A model generated the notes under the pieces. That model did not search any database. It was given only the letters and a program-made list of their open reading frames with translations, and was not told the DNA's origin. A stretch of 63,361 nucleotides of DNA, counting the filler, from Licmophora abbreviata (taxonomy: Eukaryota), in assembly GCA_900291995.1 (NCBI GenBank). It is 19 parts of 19 records of this genome, joined end to end, with 100 filler letters (N's around TTAATTAATTAA, not from the genome) between each part and the next. Parts side by side here need not be neighbours in the genome. Positions count along the whole stretch, not along the records: positions 1 to 10,260 come from OLMU01005371.1; positions 10,361 to 11,393 come from OLMU01005372.1; 17 more parts are not named here. One strand, written 5' to 3'. The translations under genes were made by a program, and so were the position numbers. Numbering within the stretch: position 1 is the first letter of the stretch; the number at the start of each line of letters is the position of its first letter. Below, piece by piece: positions 1 through 10,520 of this stretch.

Positions 1-315
1 TTGTACTGTGCGTAGTCCGTCAGTCATCAGTTTCGGGATGCCTCGCAGTTGCCTGTCTGCTGTCCGTCTTGGTGGCACTTGCATTCTCGCACTGTCTCTG
101 CGATCGCCCATGCGAAGAACTATTGAATTGCAATTGGAGGCAATCCATTTGACTACCATACGACAGTTGGACTCCGACCAAATACGGCCTGCAAACACTG
201 AAAGCCACCATCTTCACCCAAGCCAACGCTCAAGGATCGGTGGCCCATTGTCTGGAAGTCGACATGGGGGGTCTCGAGTTCGACGTCGATACCGTCACCT
301 CCCTCTGTCACAGCA

Positions 316-729
316 TTGGCGTTGGTCAACGCGGACACTGATCGTGATATGTACATTTTGAATGAAAACGGTTTTGTTTCCTTGCCTGGAATGTCACCAA
401 GTATCAATGTCCGTGCCAATACGTACGGAAGTGTTGGGAGCGTCAAGTTCAAACTTGGTGGAGACTTGGTCGCGATTGCAAACGAAGCCCCTTATACGAG
501 TGGAGGGGCGACAGCGAGCCACGACTACACACGCAGCATGGATACCAGCCAACATGAATCCTCTTCAGATGATGGAGGCAACCATCTATCACCTGCCGAA
601 TGCGCAGGGCTCGCCTCAGGATTCGTACTCCATTCGCCTGACCTTGATGACCGAGAAGTCGATCCGGAAATTTGCACGTTAGCCGCATGCACACACCTTC
701 ACATTTTGCCTCTCACACCTTCTTCATAA
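316..729 (+). pseudogene. Degenerate fragment of a secreted-protein beta-sandwich module (LVNADTD...INVRANT..VGSVKF...NEAPY)
   Basis: The motif resembles a repeat module I recall from Bacteroidetes and diatom secreted proteins. The upstream frame has stops (13-15, ~124, ~199) and there is no convincing ATG or signal peptide. Confidence 0.35.
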
Positions 730-1431
730 AAGGAAGAATTGTTGACAAGTCATATGCTCAATTTGCTCAATTCGACACACAAAAATACTGCTCCAGGTTT
801 TGCAGTTGTGAGCTGAGGTACCTCTAGCTAGCTTGTCGATGTTGCGGTACATGCGCTCAAGCTAGAACTTCCCCAGGCATCTCTCGCCTATGTCTTTTTC
901 GCTCACTTACCAGAATACGATACGGTACGAATTGCTCAACATCAGAAAGCAGAAGCGCTTCACTGTCAGGCTGTGGACGATCGAGTGTGGTCAGGGCGTT
1001 GCGTTATCCTCCCTGGCGCAAATTTTCACTTTTTGAAATTGTGGCGTTGAGCGGTTGAGAGAGATGCAACGCGAGAAGGCGGTCATCTACAAAAAAATAT
1101 TTATCGAAGCAAACAAGGCAATTGTTATGGAGCTTCGTCCTGATACTATACACACATTGGTCATGAGTATCATAAAGACCCGAGAGACATGGAGAAACAT
1201 AAATAATATAAGGTTGAATAGCCGAGAATACAATAGCCTTAGAAAATTCCGTAATTCCATACTGAAGGATTAAGACTGCCAGGTCATTGCTTTGCTCGTC
1301 CCTTGGTGATGAGATTCGACTGACTCGAATGAGTCGAATTCAAACGCGCGTCCGGTTGAGTTCAAGCTTCGTGGCACTCAAGGTTCTGGGATGTGGACGC
1401 CCGTCAATCTTTGACGTTACACTGTTGTAGC

Positions 1432-2949
1432 TTACTTTGTAGCTGCCGTCCTGATACTGTCCACAGCCCTCGAGGTTCCAATGAGTCCCATGATCAGTCC
1501 AACCAGTCCCGTGAGTCGCACCAGAGGTACTTCCTTTTGTAACGATGGCATGTGCTTGGAGCATTGCACCATCATGTAAGTAGGAAAGAGGTAGATGACT
1601 GCATTGCACCAAGTGGCTCCGCCAAACGCCAGGAGGAGGCGCAAGTCTCGTACAAAATAGGCCAAACAAGTGACTCCGCCGAGTAGCAGGATGGTGAGTT
1701 TGTTGAGAAAGCCGTCCGACCGTTTTTCAGCCGGAACGTTCAGCAAGTCCAGGGCACCATCGCGGACGCCCACAAATGCAAGTGGATACGAAAACAGGAG
1801 AGACGTGGCCACCGCAACGCGACTGAGGCTCATCAAGGAATCTTTCGTCGAATAATTGTTCAGAACCAGCCCGGAACAAGAATCTCCAAAGGTCAAGAAT
1901 CCAAGCGACGCCACCATGGCAAAGATGACGATGGAAATTCCAAACGATACACACACAACTTTGTTGTAGCGCCGAACAGTGTTGTCTTCAAGCTCGTAGT
2001 AGAAGCGCGCCGCCGAGTAGTGGGCCATGAACGCTGTACTGAGCATACTAATAAGAATAAATGCGTTGGGGCTCCATACACTCGATGCACCCTTGCTTCC
2101 AAAGGATGGCTGCAGCTGCGCAGGAAGGTCCAGGGCAAACGTCCCCCCTTCACGGTAGGGTCCCCCAAAATAGCGAATCGCCATAGCCAACGATGTGTAA
2201 AACATGCCCATAATTCCCACCAACGAAAAAGGCGCAAGCTTCTTCAGTTCCTTCAACAAGCAGAGAGGTAGCAAAACAAACGTCGTAATGCCCAACAAGG
2301 CTTGCGTGCGTGAAATATCTAGTCCCAGCACTTGGAGGAGTTGCGGTAGGGTGTCACTCAGAATCATACTGTAGGCTAAGACCGAGCAAGATGTGACCAG
2401 CAAGCAGCAGAGTGCCGGGATCCAGCTTGTGTTGGGAGATACACACTTGTTCCAGGCTTCTCGATAGCTCCGACTGTCCGTGTAGGCACAGACTCTTCCA
2501 ATCAGCGAAAAGCCATAGCCACTGAGGATCCCAATTAGCAGTACTAGCACACTGAATGGAAGCACGGCAGACGGTGAATTACCAAAAGCAGCTATGCCAG
2601 CCGGAAGACCCAAAACACCGGCCCCTACAATGCTCTTGACTAGATTGAAGACTTCGCTGGACAGAGAGGCTGTTCCGTCTCCAACGGATACAGGTTCCTG
2701 AATCTTATGAACGATGGCTGAGCTTTTCCTTGTTGTAGCTCTTGCACCTCCTCGAAAGGACACTAAGACTGCTAGTGATGATAATGATGGCTGCTTGGAA
2801 AAGGATGAGGAGCTTCCCATCGACAAGCGGCTTGATATAACATTCGTGCTGTCGAGGACGGATGATGATGCCGACAGTGCTGAATTCGCCATTATTAGCA
2901 GCAATATTCCTGACAGCAGTGAGAATCGGAGGTTCTGAAACAGCGACAT
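1432..2949 (-). CDS. Amino acid transporter (Aa_trans / SLC38-AVT family) with N-terminal targeting presequence
   Basis: 505 aa with FNLVKSIVGAGVLGLP, AFMAH and FSYPLAF motifs and about 10-11 TM helices; signal peptide followed by a Ser-rich transit-like stretch. Confidence 0.9.
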   Translation of the reverse strand: MSLFQNLRFSLLSGILLLIMANSALSASSSVLDSTNVISSRLSMGSSSSFSKQPSLSSLAVLVSFRGGARATTRKSSAIVHKIQEPVSVGDGTASLSSEVFNLVKSIVGAGVLGLPAGIAAFGNSPSAVLPFSVLVLLIGILSGYGFSLIGRVCAYTDSRSYREAWNKCVSPNTSWIPALCCLLVTSCSVLAYSMILSDTLPQLLQVLGLDISRTQALLGITTFVLLPLCLLKELKKLAPFSLVGIMGMFYTSLAMAIRYFGGPYREGGTFALDLPAQLQPSFGSKGASSVWSPNAFILISMLSTAFMAHYSAARFYYELEDNTVRRYNKVVCVSFGISIVIFAMVASLGFLTFGDSCSGLVLNNYSTKDSLMSLSRVAVATSLLFSYPLAFVGVRDGALDLLNVPAEKRSDGFLNKLTILLLGGVTCLAYFVRDLRLLLAFGGATWCNAVIYLFPTYMMVQCSKHMPSLQKEVPLVRLTGLVGLIMGLIGTSRAVDSIRTAATK

Positions 2950-3358
2950 GGTTACGGAACTATCTGCTACTTCTTATTAGAAGGCCAGAGAATCAATCAT
3001 GACTTTTGGTAACCGACCGTATAACTTGCTTCGTCATGTTGAATGCGTCGCCCTCCGATCGCGGTGTTTGGATCGCGGCGGAAAAAATTGCGCGCCGAGT
3101 GTTCTGGCCGCCGACCGCCTCGAACCAAACAGAAAGTAGTGTGAAGAAGCTCTTTCCTCTTGGCATCAGTGTGTGTGTGTTGGAGTACACATCAAACGAA
3201 GGCTGTGGGGTGAATGATGATCGCTTTTTAGAGGTCAATCAAACAACGGTACATTGAAACGTGTAGTACCTTCGTGTAACGAAAGAAGCAATTGCTGCTC
3301 TCTAAAATCGACTTAAACATATTACTCCTATCATTGACTCTTCGATCAAATCGTCACT

Positions 3359-3970
3359 CTACAATACATTGTTATGACCCTGCCGTTGCCTCTGACGTAT
3401 ACCTTCACGTCGATCGATCCGTTGTTGTTCTAGGTCAGTTGTTCGCGAAGAGAACGGATCACGAAAGGACGGTTGCCCGTAGACGACTTCACGACACTTC
3501 TTTTCGGTGTCTACAGAAGGTTCTACTAAATCGTCAAAGTTCCACTGCGGACCAATGTGACCACACCCCTCTTGTCCCATATCCACTCTTCCAGGACACG
3601 TATGTTCGTCTCCTGCATCATTGGGTGGTCCGTTTCCACACTGTACGTCGTTATAGAGCGGTCGTCCCTCCAGTCCCGGTCCGTCTCCCAGCAACTCACA
3701 GACTTGTCGTACCGTCATGAATCCATCCAGGGGTGTCTTGACAGGAAAGTTCTCAATCCCGTGATCGTAGGTGGAAAAGCTGCAGTAGCAGCGATTGCCT
3801 ACGCTGTAACTGTCAGCCCATGAAAGGCCGCCTGGGTTGGGTTCACCGGCCACTTCAAAGACTGTCACAATGTCGGGATGCACTTCTGCTTGAGAGAGGA
3901 CTGCAGACGGTAGGAGCAAAAGTGCTACGAGCAGTAGAGCTCTGTTGGGATACGAAGAAGGCCCCGTCAT
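3359..3970 (-). CDS. Secreted protein with a stand-alone six-Cys WxDSYS-CYC...YNDVQCGNGP...CPGR domain
   Basis: Signal peptide, then a domain at ~3536-3820 closely matching the N-terminal domains of the genes starting at 15838 and 19370. Confidence 0.8.
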   Translation of the reverse strand: MTGPSSYPNRALLLVALLLLPSAVLSQAEVHPDIVTVFEVAGEPNPGGLSWADSYSVGNRCYCSFSTYDHGIENFPVKTPLDGFMTVRQVCELLGDGPGLEGRPLYNDVQCGNGPPNDAGDEHTCPGRVDMGQEGCGHIGPQWNFDDLVEPSVDTEKKCREVVYGQPSFRDPFSSRTTDLEQQRIDRREGIRQRQRQGHNNVL

Positions 3971-4315
3971 GGTGAAGCAAGACTCTGGGGCATAAAAGAG
4001 AAATTGATTCTGGGTCCTGCTTTGCTTCTCTAAGTATGTGGGGATGAGAGAGCAGAGTGTGTTTGACTGAGGTCGCGAGAATCAGTCATCACAAAAGTGT
4101 TGCGGCGCGCGCACCTCGAAATAGAAATGACCCCATAAATGTGTCAGAGTCATAGCAGGCCATAAGTGGCTCCATTGATTTTCGGACGCTTCAGAGAGAC
4201 GACACACAACGACACGACAGCGTCGAGGTATGATATGATATCGTACCAGCTACATGGGTCTCATTCATCGACCGTCGTGCCTTGTTGCCTCAATGGAGAG
4301 TTTCACCCTATCCCC

Positions 4316-6028
4316 ATGGGAAGGACATCCCTGGTAAAACTGGCGCTGGGACTGACGCTCTTTTGGGCAGCAGTGGTGTTTCTTCAAGCACGATACTACT
4401 TCTTCGTTCAAAATTCACACCACTCCTCTGAACAGATTCCTAGTTTTCAAAACAAAAGTTCGACAAAAAAGCAGTCACACCAGCGCGGTATTCTTCCAGC
4501 TCCTCTCAAAGGACGTCACGATTCCATCTGTGGCCATTGTCGGCACGCGGTCGTCCGTGAAAATGGGAGATCCGTCGTCACGTGCGGATTGGTAATGGCA
4601 GAGATGGCAAGCAACAGGAGCATGTCCATCTTGGACGCCTCCCAACATGTCGCTCGGATGTTTCCCGAGGCGTGTGCTTCGTGTCGCAACAAGAAGGATG
4701 ACTCTACATCCTGTGATAGCCTCTACCTTCGATACGATGATGTCGCACCTCGCATCGACCGTGCCGTTACCCACTCCCTCTCGTCCATCCCGACCGACCA
4801 ACATCGACTGCCACCCACAGCATTTCGGGACCTGGACGAATACTTTTCGGATCAAGGAAATCAATACAAAGACTACTGGTTCGAATACAACCCAAGTATT
4901 GTTCGTCTTCCTCCCAGTTACATCGAGCCTCCTTTACCGTTCGGCGAAACGCCAATCTACCTCGCTTCCTATCGAGTGTCGAAACACAACTCGTGTCTAG
5001 AACTCAAGCACCTGGCAAGGATGATGCATTCTACCAAACAGATAGGAGACAGAGTAGGACTGGCGCTTCTCAGAGAGGATTTGTCCATCATTGTGGACGT
5101 GGTTGTGAACTTGAGGCAGCTTGGCCGCCACTTTCATGTGGAAGACAGTCGCTTGTTTGTGTTCAATGTTACTACCGTATACTATACGTCATATGGCTTT
5201 GTTGCGCCCCTTCGAGTCCATTACAATCAAACTGTTCCGGGGGCCCTCACTTCAGAGTTTCCCAGCTTACTTTCAGTTTCAATGGAGAGCAACATGGTGA
5301 GGCCGTGTCTTGGTCGACCAACAGAAGCCAAGAACTGGAACTACTTTACTTCAAATACAGACGAGATCATGGTGGAAGTGTGGCCTCCTGGTTCGAGTCA
5401 TCAAGTGCGCAGCGCAAACATGACGGGAAATACACACTTTTGCTCAGATGCTCCAACGATATCAGACAATACGACAGCAACACCGAGCTTTGCAACAATC
5501 GAAGAAATAAACTATCCAGTGTTGTTACCAGAGCAGCGACTGTTTGAAGTCCGTGACAGGGGGTCAGCATGCTGCGTCGAAATGATGCATCCTGAGACTG
5601 GAGAAAAGCTCCTGGCTGGCGTGTCGCACACGAAAACAGCATGGAGTCGAACTCGTGCATTTCCTGACGATAGTCTGGCGGCGAATCATTTCGTGTCACG
5701 GTTCTATGCGTTCGCGCCCGATGCTCCGTACCGAGTGGTTGCACGCTCGGGGTTCTTTTGTTTGGGTTTTGCAACAGACGCAGAGGTGGCGGATCTCCCG
5801 CTCGCTCGGTACAACCGGAATCTGAGGAAGCTTTGGATTGGAGAGGAGTTCACTTGTCCGCCAATCCACTTTGTGAGCGGAATAACGGAAAAGGCAAACG
5901 ACGAAACCAAGGTGATTCTTGGATACGGTGTGGAGGACTGTACTCCCCGATTTGTCGAGATCGACAAGACTGAAATCCGTCGCTTGTTGTTCGGTCCAGT
6001 GTTCACGATCGCGACGGAGATTCACTAG
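4316..6028 (+). CDS. Type II membrane protein with a predicted five-bladed beta-propeller glyco-enzyme-like domain
   Basis: First plausible ATG at 4316 followed by a single TM helix. Motifs YNPSI, VEDSRLF, AKNWNYF, RGSACC, GVSHTK, SRFYAF..PYRVVARS, HFVSG and GYGVEDC resemble GH130/GT91-like propellers. Confidence 0.6.
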   Translation: MGRTSLVKLALGLTLFWAAVVFLQARYYFFVQNSHHSSEQIPSFQNKSSTKKQSHQRGILPAPLKGRHDSICGHCRHAVVRENGRSVVTCGLVMAEMASNRSMSILDASQHVARMFPEACASCRNKKDDSTSCDSLYLRYDDVAPRIDRAVTHSLSSIPTDQHRLPPTAFRDLDEYFSDQGNQYKDYWFEYNPSIVRLPPSYIEPPLPFGETPIYLASYRVSKHNSCLELKHLARMMHSTKQIGDRVGLALLREDLSIIVDVVVNLRQLGRHFHVEDSRLFVFNVTTVYYTSYGFVAPLRVHYNQTVPGALTSEFPSLLSVSMESNMVRPCLGRPTEAKNWNYFTSNTDEIMVEVWPPGSSHQVRSANMTGNTHFCSDAPTISDNTTATPSFATIEEINYPVLLPEQRLFEVRDRGSACCVEMMHPETGEKLLAGVSHTKTAWSRTRAFPDDSLAANHFVSRFYAFAPDAPYRVVARSGFFCLGFATDAEVADLPLARYNRNLRKLWIGEEFTCPPIHFVSGITEKANDETKVILGYGVEDCTPRFVEIDKTEIRRLLFGPVFTIATEIH

Positions 6029-6113
6029 CGAACGCCGTCGTTGTCTTGGGGCGGTCCAACACAGTGTAGTCGTACATGCCACGCCATGGTCTTGTACATT
6101 CGATCCGTTCACT

Positions 6114-6701
6114 CTAAACAACAGGGTTTTCTTCTTCCGTCAGGACGGACAAAACGTCTGTAACTGTCCTACGTGTCAATACAACACGAGGAGCTTCTCC
6201 GCTTGGTTCGGCTTGCCGTTCAATCGTCAGACGCGATTCAGGCATCGATGTATCCCACGCCATGTGCAACTCTGGATGGGAAGCATTGAACTCCTCAATG
6301 GCACTTTTCAGTAGTTTCTTTCGCCTCTTCACTTGCCTCGAGTGTCTCATACCCCAAAACGCCAGTGGTACCAACAAGGGTCCTGTCGCTAGTAGGGCTG
6401 CGTCCACTGTGGTGGCACGAGCCGATCGGACATGATCGTTGACTCGTGTTATGGTGTCAGTGTACTCTTGTGGCGTCAAAATGTCATAAAGTTTCACATT
6501 GTGAGGATCCGCCTCAAACTTGAAGTCTGTACCCCCTTGGATTGATCTCTCGCGAACGATGATTCGGTGTTTTCTTTCAGGCATCGGCACCGTGTACTCT
6601 TCATACGAGGAGGAGGATGTAGAAGAGGGGGCATCGGGCTGCCCACCCTGTTCCTGAACGCCGTCAGTGAGAAGCAGCGGCCCACTGGATTGCTCAGTCA
6701 T
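6114..6701 (-). CDS. Golgin A7 / Erf4 family protein
   Basis: ATG at 6701; ILTPQEYTDTITRVN, a central hydrophobic helix, then LKSAIEEFN, which is the Erf4-like layout. Confidence 0.6.
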   Translation of the reverse strand: MTEQSSGPLLLTDGVQEQGGQPDAPSSTSSSSYEEYTVPMPERKHRIIVRERSIQGGTDFKFEADPHNVKLYDILTPQEYTDTITRVNDHVRSARATTVDAALLATGPLLVPLAFWGMRHSRQVKRRKKLLKSAIEEFNASHPELHMAWDTSMPESRLTIERQAEPSGEAPRVVLTRRTVTDVLSVLTEEENPVV

Positions 6702-7082
6702 CGTTGTAAGAGTCAATGAGACAGAGAGAGCGTGCAGTACCGGTACAGTAGAGGATGGAGCGTCGCTACAGTCTCTGTCCGAAGTATTGCCATGGTCGGC
6801 CGAGCGGCGTTGTCGATTAATCGTCGCGGTTTTGTCGCGTCATCCGGCGTCGTCCCGTCGTTCACAGAGTCGAATGATTCGATCTTTGAGTCGATCAGTT
6901 CGAATGAGTGATTGAATGATGAGGTCCGTCAGTCACACTAGAAGTCCATGTATAGCCTCGAGAAAGGGTACGGTTACCAATGCGATTGTTCTTATTAGGA
7001 TGGATGAACTAAACGCAGCATCGAAGGGAAACAAAAGAGTGACCAAGCCTTTCAGGCTTGCAACTCTTTGTCGAATCAATCG

Positions 7083-7754
7083 TCACCACTCGGGCCCATC
7101 GTCGTGAGGTTGCCGTGCCATTTTTAGCATGATATAGCCCATGCAAATCATGTAGACTAGGCTACAGACTAGAACCACGCTGATCCACTGCTGAATATTG
7201 TCACATGCTCCTCCCTGATTCCTTCCAAGATCTAGCGCGCGAAAGACTCCCACCAGCTGCCAAAGCGCCCACATGCCTGTCACAATACCATACAAAAGCA
7301 CATCAGGCTTCAGGTACGGTTTGGCAGTCCGCTTGAACATCGAGAGGTCTCCTTTTTCCACTGTATCAGATCGACTTTGAAAGAGCGTTGGGGTCGTACT
7401 CTCCGGATCATCCGTGGCCTCCGTATAGTCGCTGATCGGACCGCTGGCGACATTGGCTCGGGCCTCCGCGTACGCGGATTCGTCGTCTTCGTCCTCGTCG
7501 GCGCCAAACATACGCATGGGATTGCAAAGGCGCCGGCTTTGAAACTCGATCAAGAAGTGAACGACAACAGAGAGATGAAGGATGATAAAGAGCGTGTTCC
7601 AGAAAAGCCACCGATTGCCGGTAGGGCAAGCCGCGGTCGAGCCGTAGCCAAGGGTGCGGGGAAAGCCTTCCTTGACACCATACCAGATCGCAGGGAAATT
7701 CAGCCCTAGGGAGAGCACTAAAAAAGTGACAGGACGATGAGCATAGTCCAGCAT
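7083..7754 (-). CDS. Hypothetical 4-TM membrane protein
   Basis: 223-aa ORF with four hydrophobic helices and an acidic loop. Confidence 0.6.
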   Translation of the reverse strand: MLDYAHRPVTFLVLSLGLNFPAIWYGVKEGFPRTLGYGSTAACPTGNRWLFWNTLFIILHLSVVVHFLIEFQSRRLCNPMRMFGADEDEDDESAYAEARANVASGPISDYTEATDDPESTTPTLFQSRSDTVEKGDLSMFKRTAKPYLKPDVLLYGIVTGMWALWQLVGVFRALDLGRNQGGACDNIQQWISVVLVCSLVYMICMGYIMLKMARQPHDDGPEW

Positions 7755-8262
7755 GTTTCCAGGTATCTGCGAGGCTCAACTCTTGGCAAGAAGATCAGTG
7801 ACACCTGATCGATGGAGATACAATGGGTTTGATTTCCTCCTTCTACGAATTGAGTTTGGATTGTATCCTGCGCTCATACATACAGAAATGAAATGTCCTT
7901 CGGCGATAAGAGAAAGAATTACTTAACGCCTGTACAATATTAAACTTCATGAATGACTGAATATGATATACAATTTATGACTTCATGTAGATTAATTGGA
8001 CAAATTAAATGATAAAAACATATTCATTTTCATAGAAAACAAAAACCAAGAACGCATTCTCGGCATCCTTCCTCATTTTCCTTGCCGCACTCCTGCTAGC
8101 AAGCATGACAAGTCCGGAACGCAAGGCATGGATAACCTCTAAGAATTAACCAAGGATAGAAGACCTTGCTCGAGACGATAGCCACCAGGAGCAAGAGGCG
8201 TCGTGCCACTGATCCAGAGCCACGAGAACATCCAGAGAGTCCTGTCTCATTCATGGCTCACG

Positions 8263-8781
8263 CTACTTGAAGAGTATCTCGTCAACTGCGTCCATCAAGA
8301 GTGTTGCGACCAGCACCGCGACCAGCCATATCGGAAATGCTCCAAATATCCGAGCAAGGCTCGGCCGACCCTTTCCTTGACTCTTGTCCTTTTGAGCAAA
8401 TAGTTCCTTCCAGCCGAGGTAATAGCTCGCGAACAGCACAGGGACACCTGAACGCCAGACCCATGCCAGTGTCTGGACAGAGAGAAACAGGGCATGAGAG
8501 CAAGGGTAATTTGTTTGGAATATCTTCAGGAGTATGGCTGGTAGCTCCTCACTTACATGCACAAAGCGGGCCTCGTTGTCGATCGCACTGTCGAGCAGAA
8601 ACAGAAAGAAGGACGCATAAAACATGCCTGAAGCCAGGTAGAGATATATCGCACCCACGAAAATGGAAGTCTCCACCAGAAGTGTCATGTCTTTACTAGC
8701 AGAATCTTCCGACTTTGGGGGAGACGTTTCCTCCTCCTCGGGGGGGGTTGAGTTTTTGTTCTTATGCCTTTTTGGTTGCAT
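8263..8781 (-). CDS. Hypothetical membrane protein
   Basis: 172-aa ATG ORF with a charged N-terminus and 3-4 hydrophobic segments. Confidence 0.5.
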   Translation of the reverse strand: MQPKRHKNKNSTPPEEEETSPPKSEDSASKDMTLLVETSIFVGAIYLYLASGMFYASFFLFLLDSAIDNEARFVHVSEELPAILLKIFQTNYPCSHALFLSVQTLAWVWRSGVPVLFASYYLGWKELFAQKDKSQGKGRPSLARIFGAFPIWLVAVLVATLLMDAVDEILFK

Positions 8782-9260
8782 TCTCTGACATAACTGTGCA
8801 ATGGTGCTGACTTTTGCTTACTGGAAGAGTTGGTGGCATGGGATCAAACGATCAACATCTAGAGGTGGCTGGTGAATGACACTGACTGACTGAACAGTCG
8901 AAAAACGAGAACCCTTTGTCGTCTTTTGTCCAATTCGTCGTGTTGCAAGAGCAAGTTGAAAGTGTGACACCACTCCGGACTCGACTCGACTCAAGAGTCC
9001 CGAATTGATCCCGACTGAAGGAGGAATCTGGAGTTCATTTTTTTGTGAATGATGGCAGAGATGCGCGTTGTGTTCGGCCCCCCGGGCCGCGGGGCGCCTT
9101 GCGGATGCCAGGTTCTTGGCTGTCTCCTTGTGTCGTCTAAAGTTTAAACTCGTTTCTCTCACTTGATCTTTGAAGCTTACTTTAGAGTTGTCGCCAAATG
9201 TTCCGTGTAATAATGGAAAGTGGTAATCATCGTGACTTATTCCAGGTTCGTGTTCCAGAG

Positions 9261-10158
9261 TTAAGGTGCTGCAATTGATTGTTCCTTCGACTCCTGTTGA
9301 AGTTCCGGATTGAACGAGCACAGCAGATCGACCATTTTGACAAGCGAGTATGTCTTGCCTTCTATCGAAACTTCATTTCCAGCATAGTCCTTGAACTTGA
9401 CGACATCCCCCACCTCGACGGGCGACGGTGTGAACTCTCCGAGACTCGCCAGGCGTCCATCTCCGGTCTTGACGACAACACCCTCGCAGGAGGCTTCTTC
9501 TTTCTGCACAGTCGCCGCCACGACAATTCCACTGGCAGTTTGTAAGGCATCTTCTTCCAATTCGATGAGCACATAGTCGCGGCAGGGTGTGACATTGTCT
9601 ACCGACATGGTGACGCCCTCATAGTAGAGTAGAATATCGTCATCGCGGATCATTTGGCACGGATCGTCATTGTATTGCATTGGTGTTCCGTCAAACTTGC
9701 CGTAAAGGACGCTATATCCCTCCTTTACGGGATTGTGGATTCGGACTCCCGTGTATGGGTGAATCTTTCCCGGGCCTGCAGCTAGCACAATTCCCTCTGT
9801 TGGACGTTCTTTGGCCTGCGTGGACGACGAGTGTCAGTGATGAGAACCAAACAAGCACGACACAAGAAATTGAAAAAGAGACTGACTGATTCTATTCAAA
9901 ACTTACTTGGTCGGGAAGGAGAATGCCTCCCTGCGTGGCCATCAGTGTGTCTTTCGTTTTGACTAGAACAAAATTACCGAGCGGCGTGATGGGACCTCGG
10001 ATTTCTTCGCCATCCAGGGTAATCGCATCAGTCGTCGACATCGACATGTCCAGCCTTCTGCCTTGCTGTTGCCGTTGTGCGCCGGGAGATGGTACCACCC
10101 ACCCATAAACCATTGTGGTCCATAGCCAGAAGGAAACGGCGAGTCGGAGCATGGTCAT
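9261..10158 (-). CDS. CPN20: Plastid co-chaperonin Cpn20/Cpn21 (tandem GroES domains), 2 exons
   Basis: PLGNFVLVK...GGILLPDQ|AKERPTEGIV and a second PCRDYVLIE...TASGIV...FKDYAGNEV repeat; intron 9816-9906 (GTAAGT..CAG); bipartite presequence. Confidence 0.9.
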
Positions 10159-10260
10159 GGTGATGCCAGTCGCCGTGATTGTGAGTTCATCAGCTCATCA
10201 GAATGTGCGTACGCGAATACACGCGTCTGGCCTGCGACCGTCGGCGCGCCAAAACCTTTT

Positions 10261-10360
10261 NNNNNNNNNNNNNNNNNNNNNNNNNNNNNNNNNNNNNNNN
10301 NNNNTTAATTAATTAANNNNNNNNNNNNNNNNNNNNNNNNNNNNNNNNNNNNNNNNNNNN
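10261..10360. other. Artificial 100-nt scaffold spacer N44-TTAATTAATTAA-N44 (first of 18)
   Basis: Identical spacers start at 10261, 11394, 21489, 23543, 25526, 27619, 29723, 32178, 33854, 42427, 43881, 45634, 48747, 49963, 57117, 58462, 61080 and 62234; the core has stops in all six frames. Confidence 0.98.
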
Positions 10361-10520
10361 CCTCCGGGTTCCACACCGGTAAACATCATGTTGAATGTCG
10401 TCGCGGCGCCATTCGTAGGATGTACAGATTTGATTCCATTCCCCACATCACACCCATCATCGCCAAAAGAGCAGAGTGGTGTGCTTGTTCCCGTCCTAGT
10501 TTACTGCTACTGTGTTTGTC

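Noticed and set aside
1055..1273. AT-rich 72-aa ORF
   Set aside because: TTG start, no motifs, and it lies in the AT-rich 3' flank of the transporter gene.
7860..8050. Sharply AT-rich island as a MITE or foreign insert
   Set aside because: No terminal inverted repeats or target-site duplication could be identified.
8818..9321. 167-aa minus-strand ORF overlapping the Cpn20 end
   Set aside because: Non-ATG start, no recognisable domain, and it spans a probable 3' UTR and promoter.
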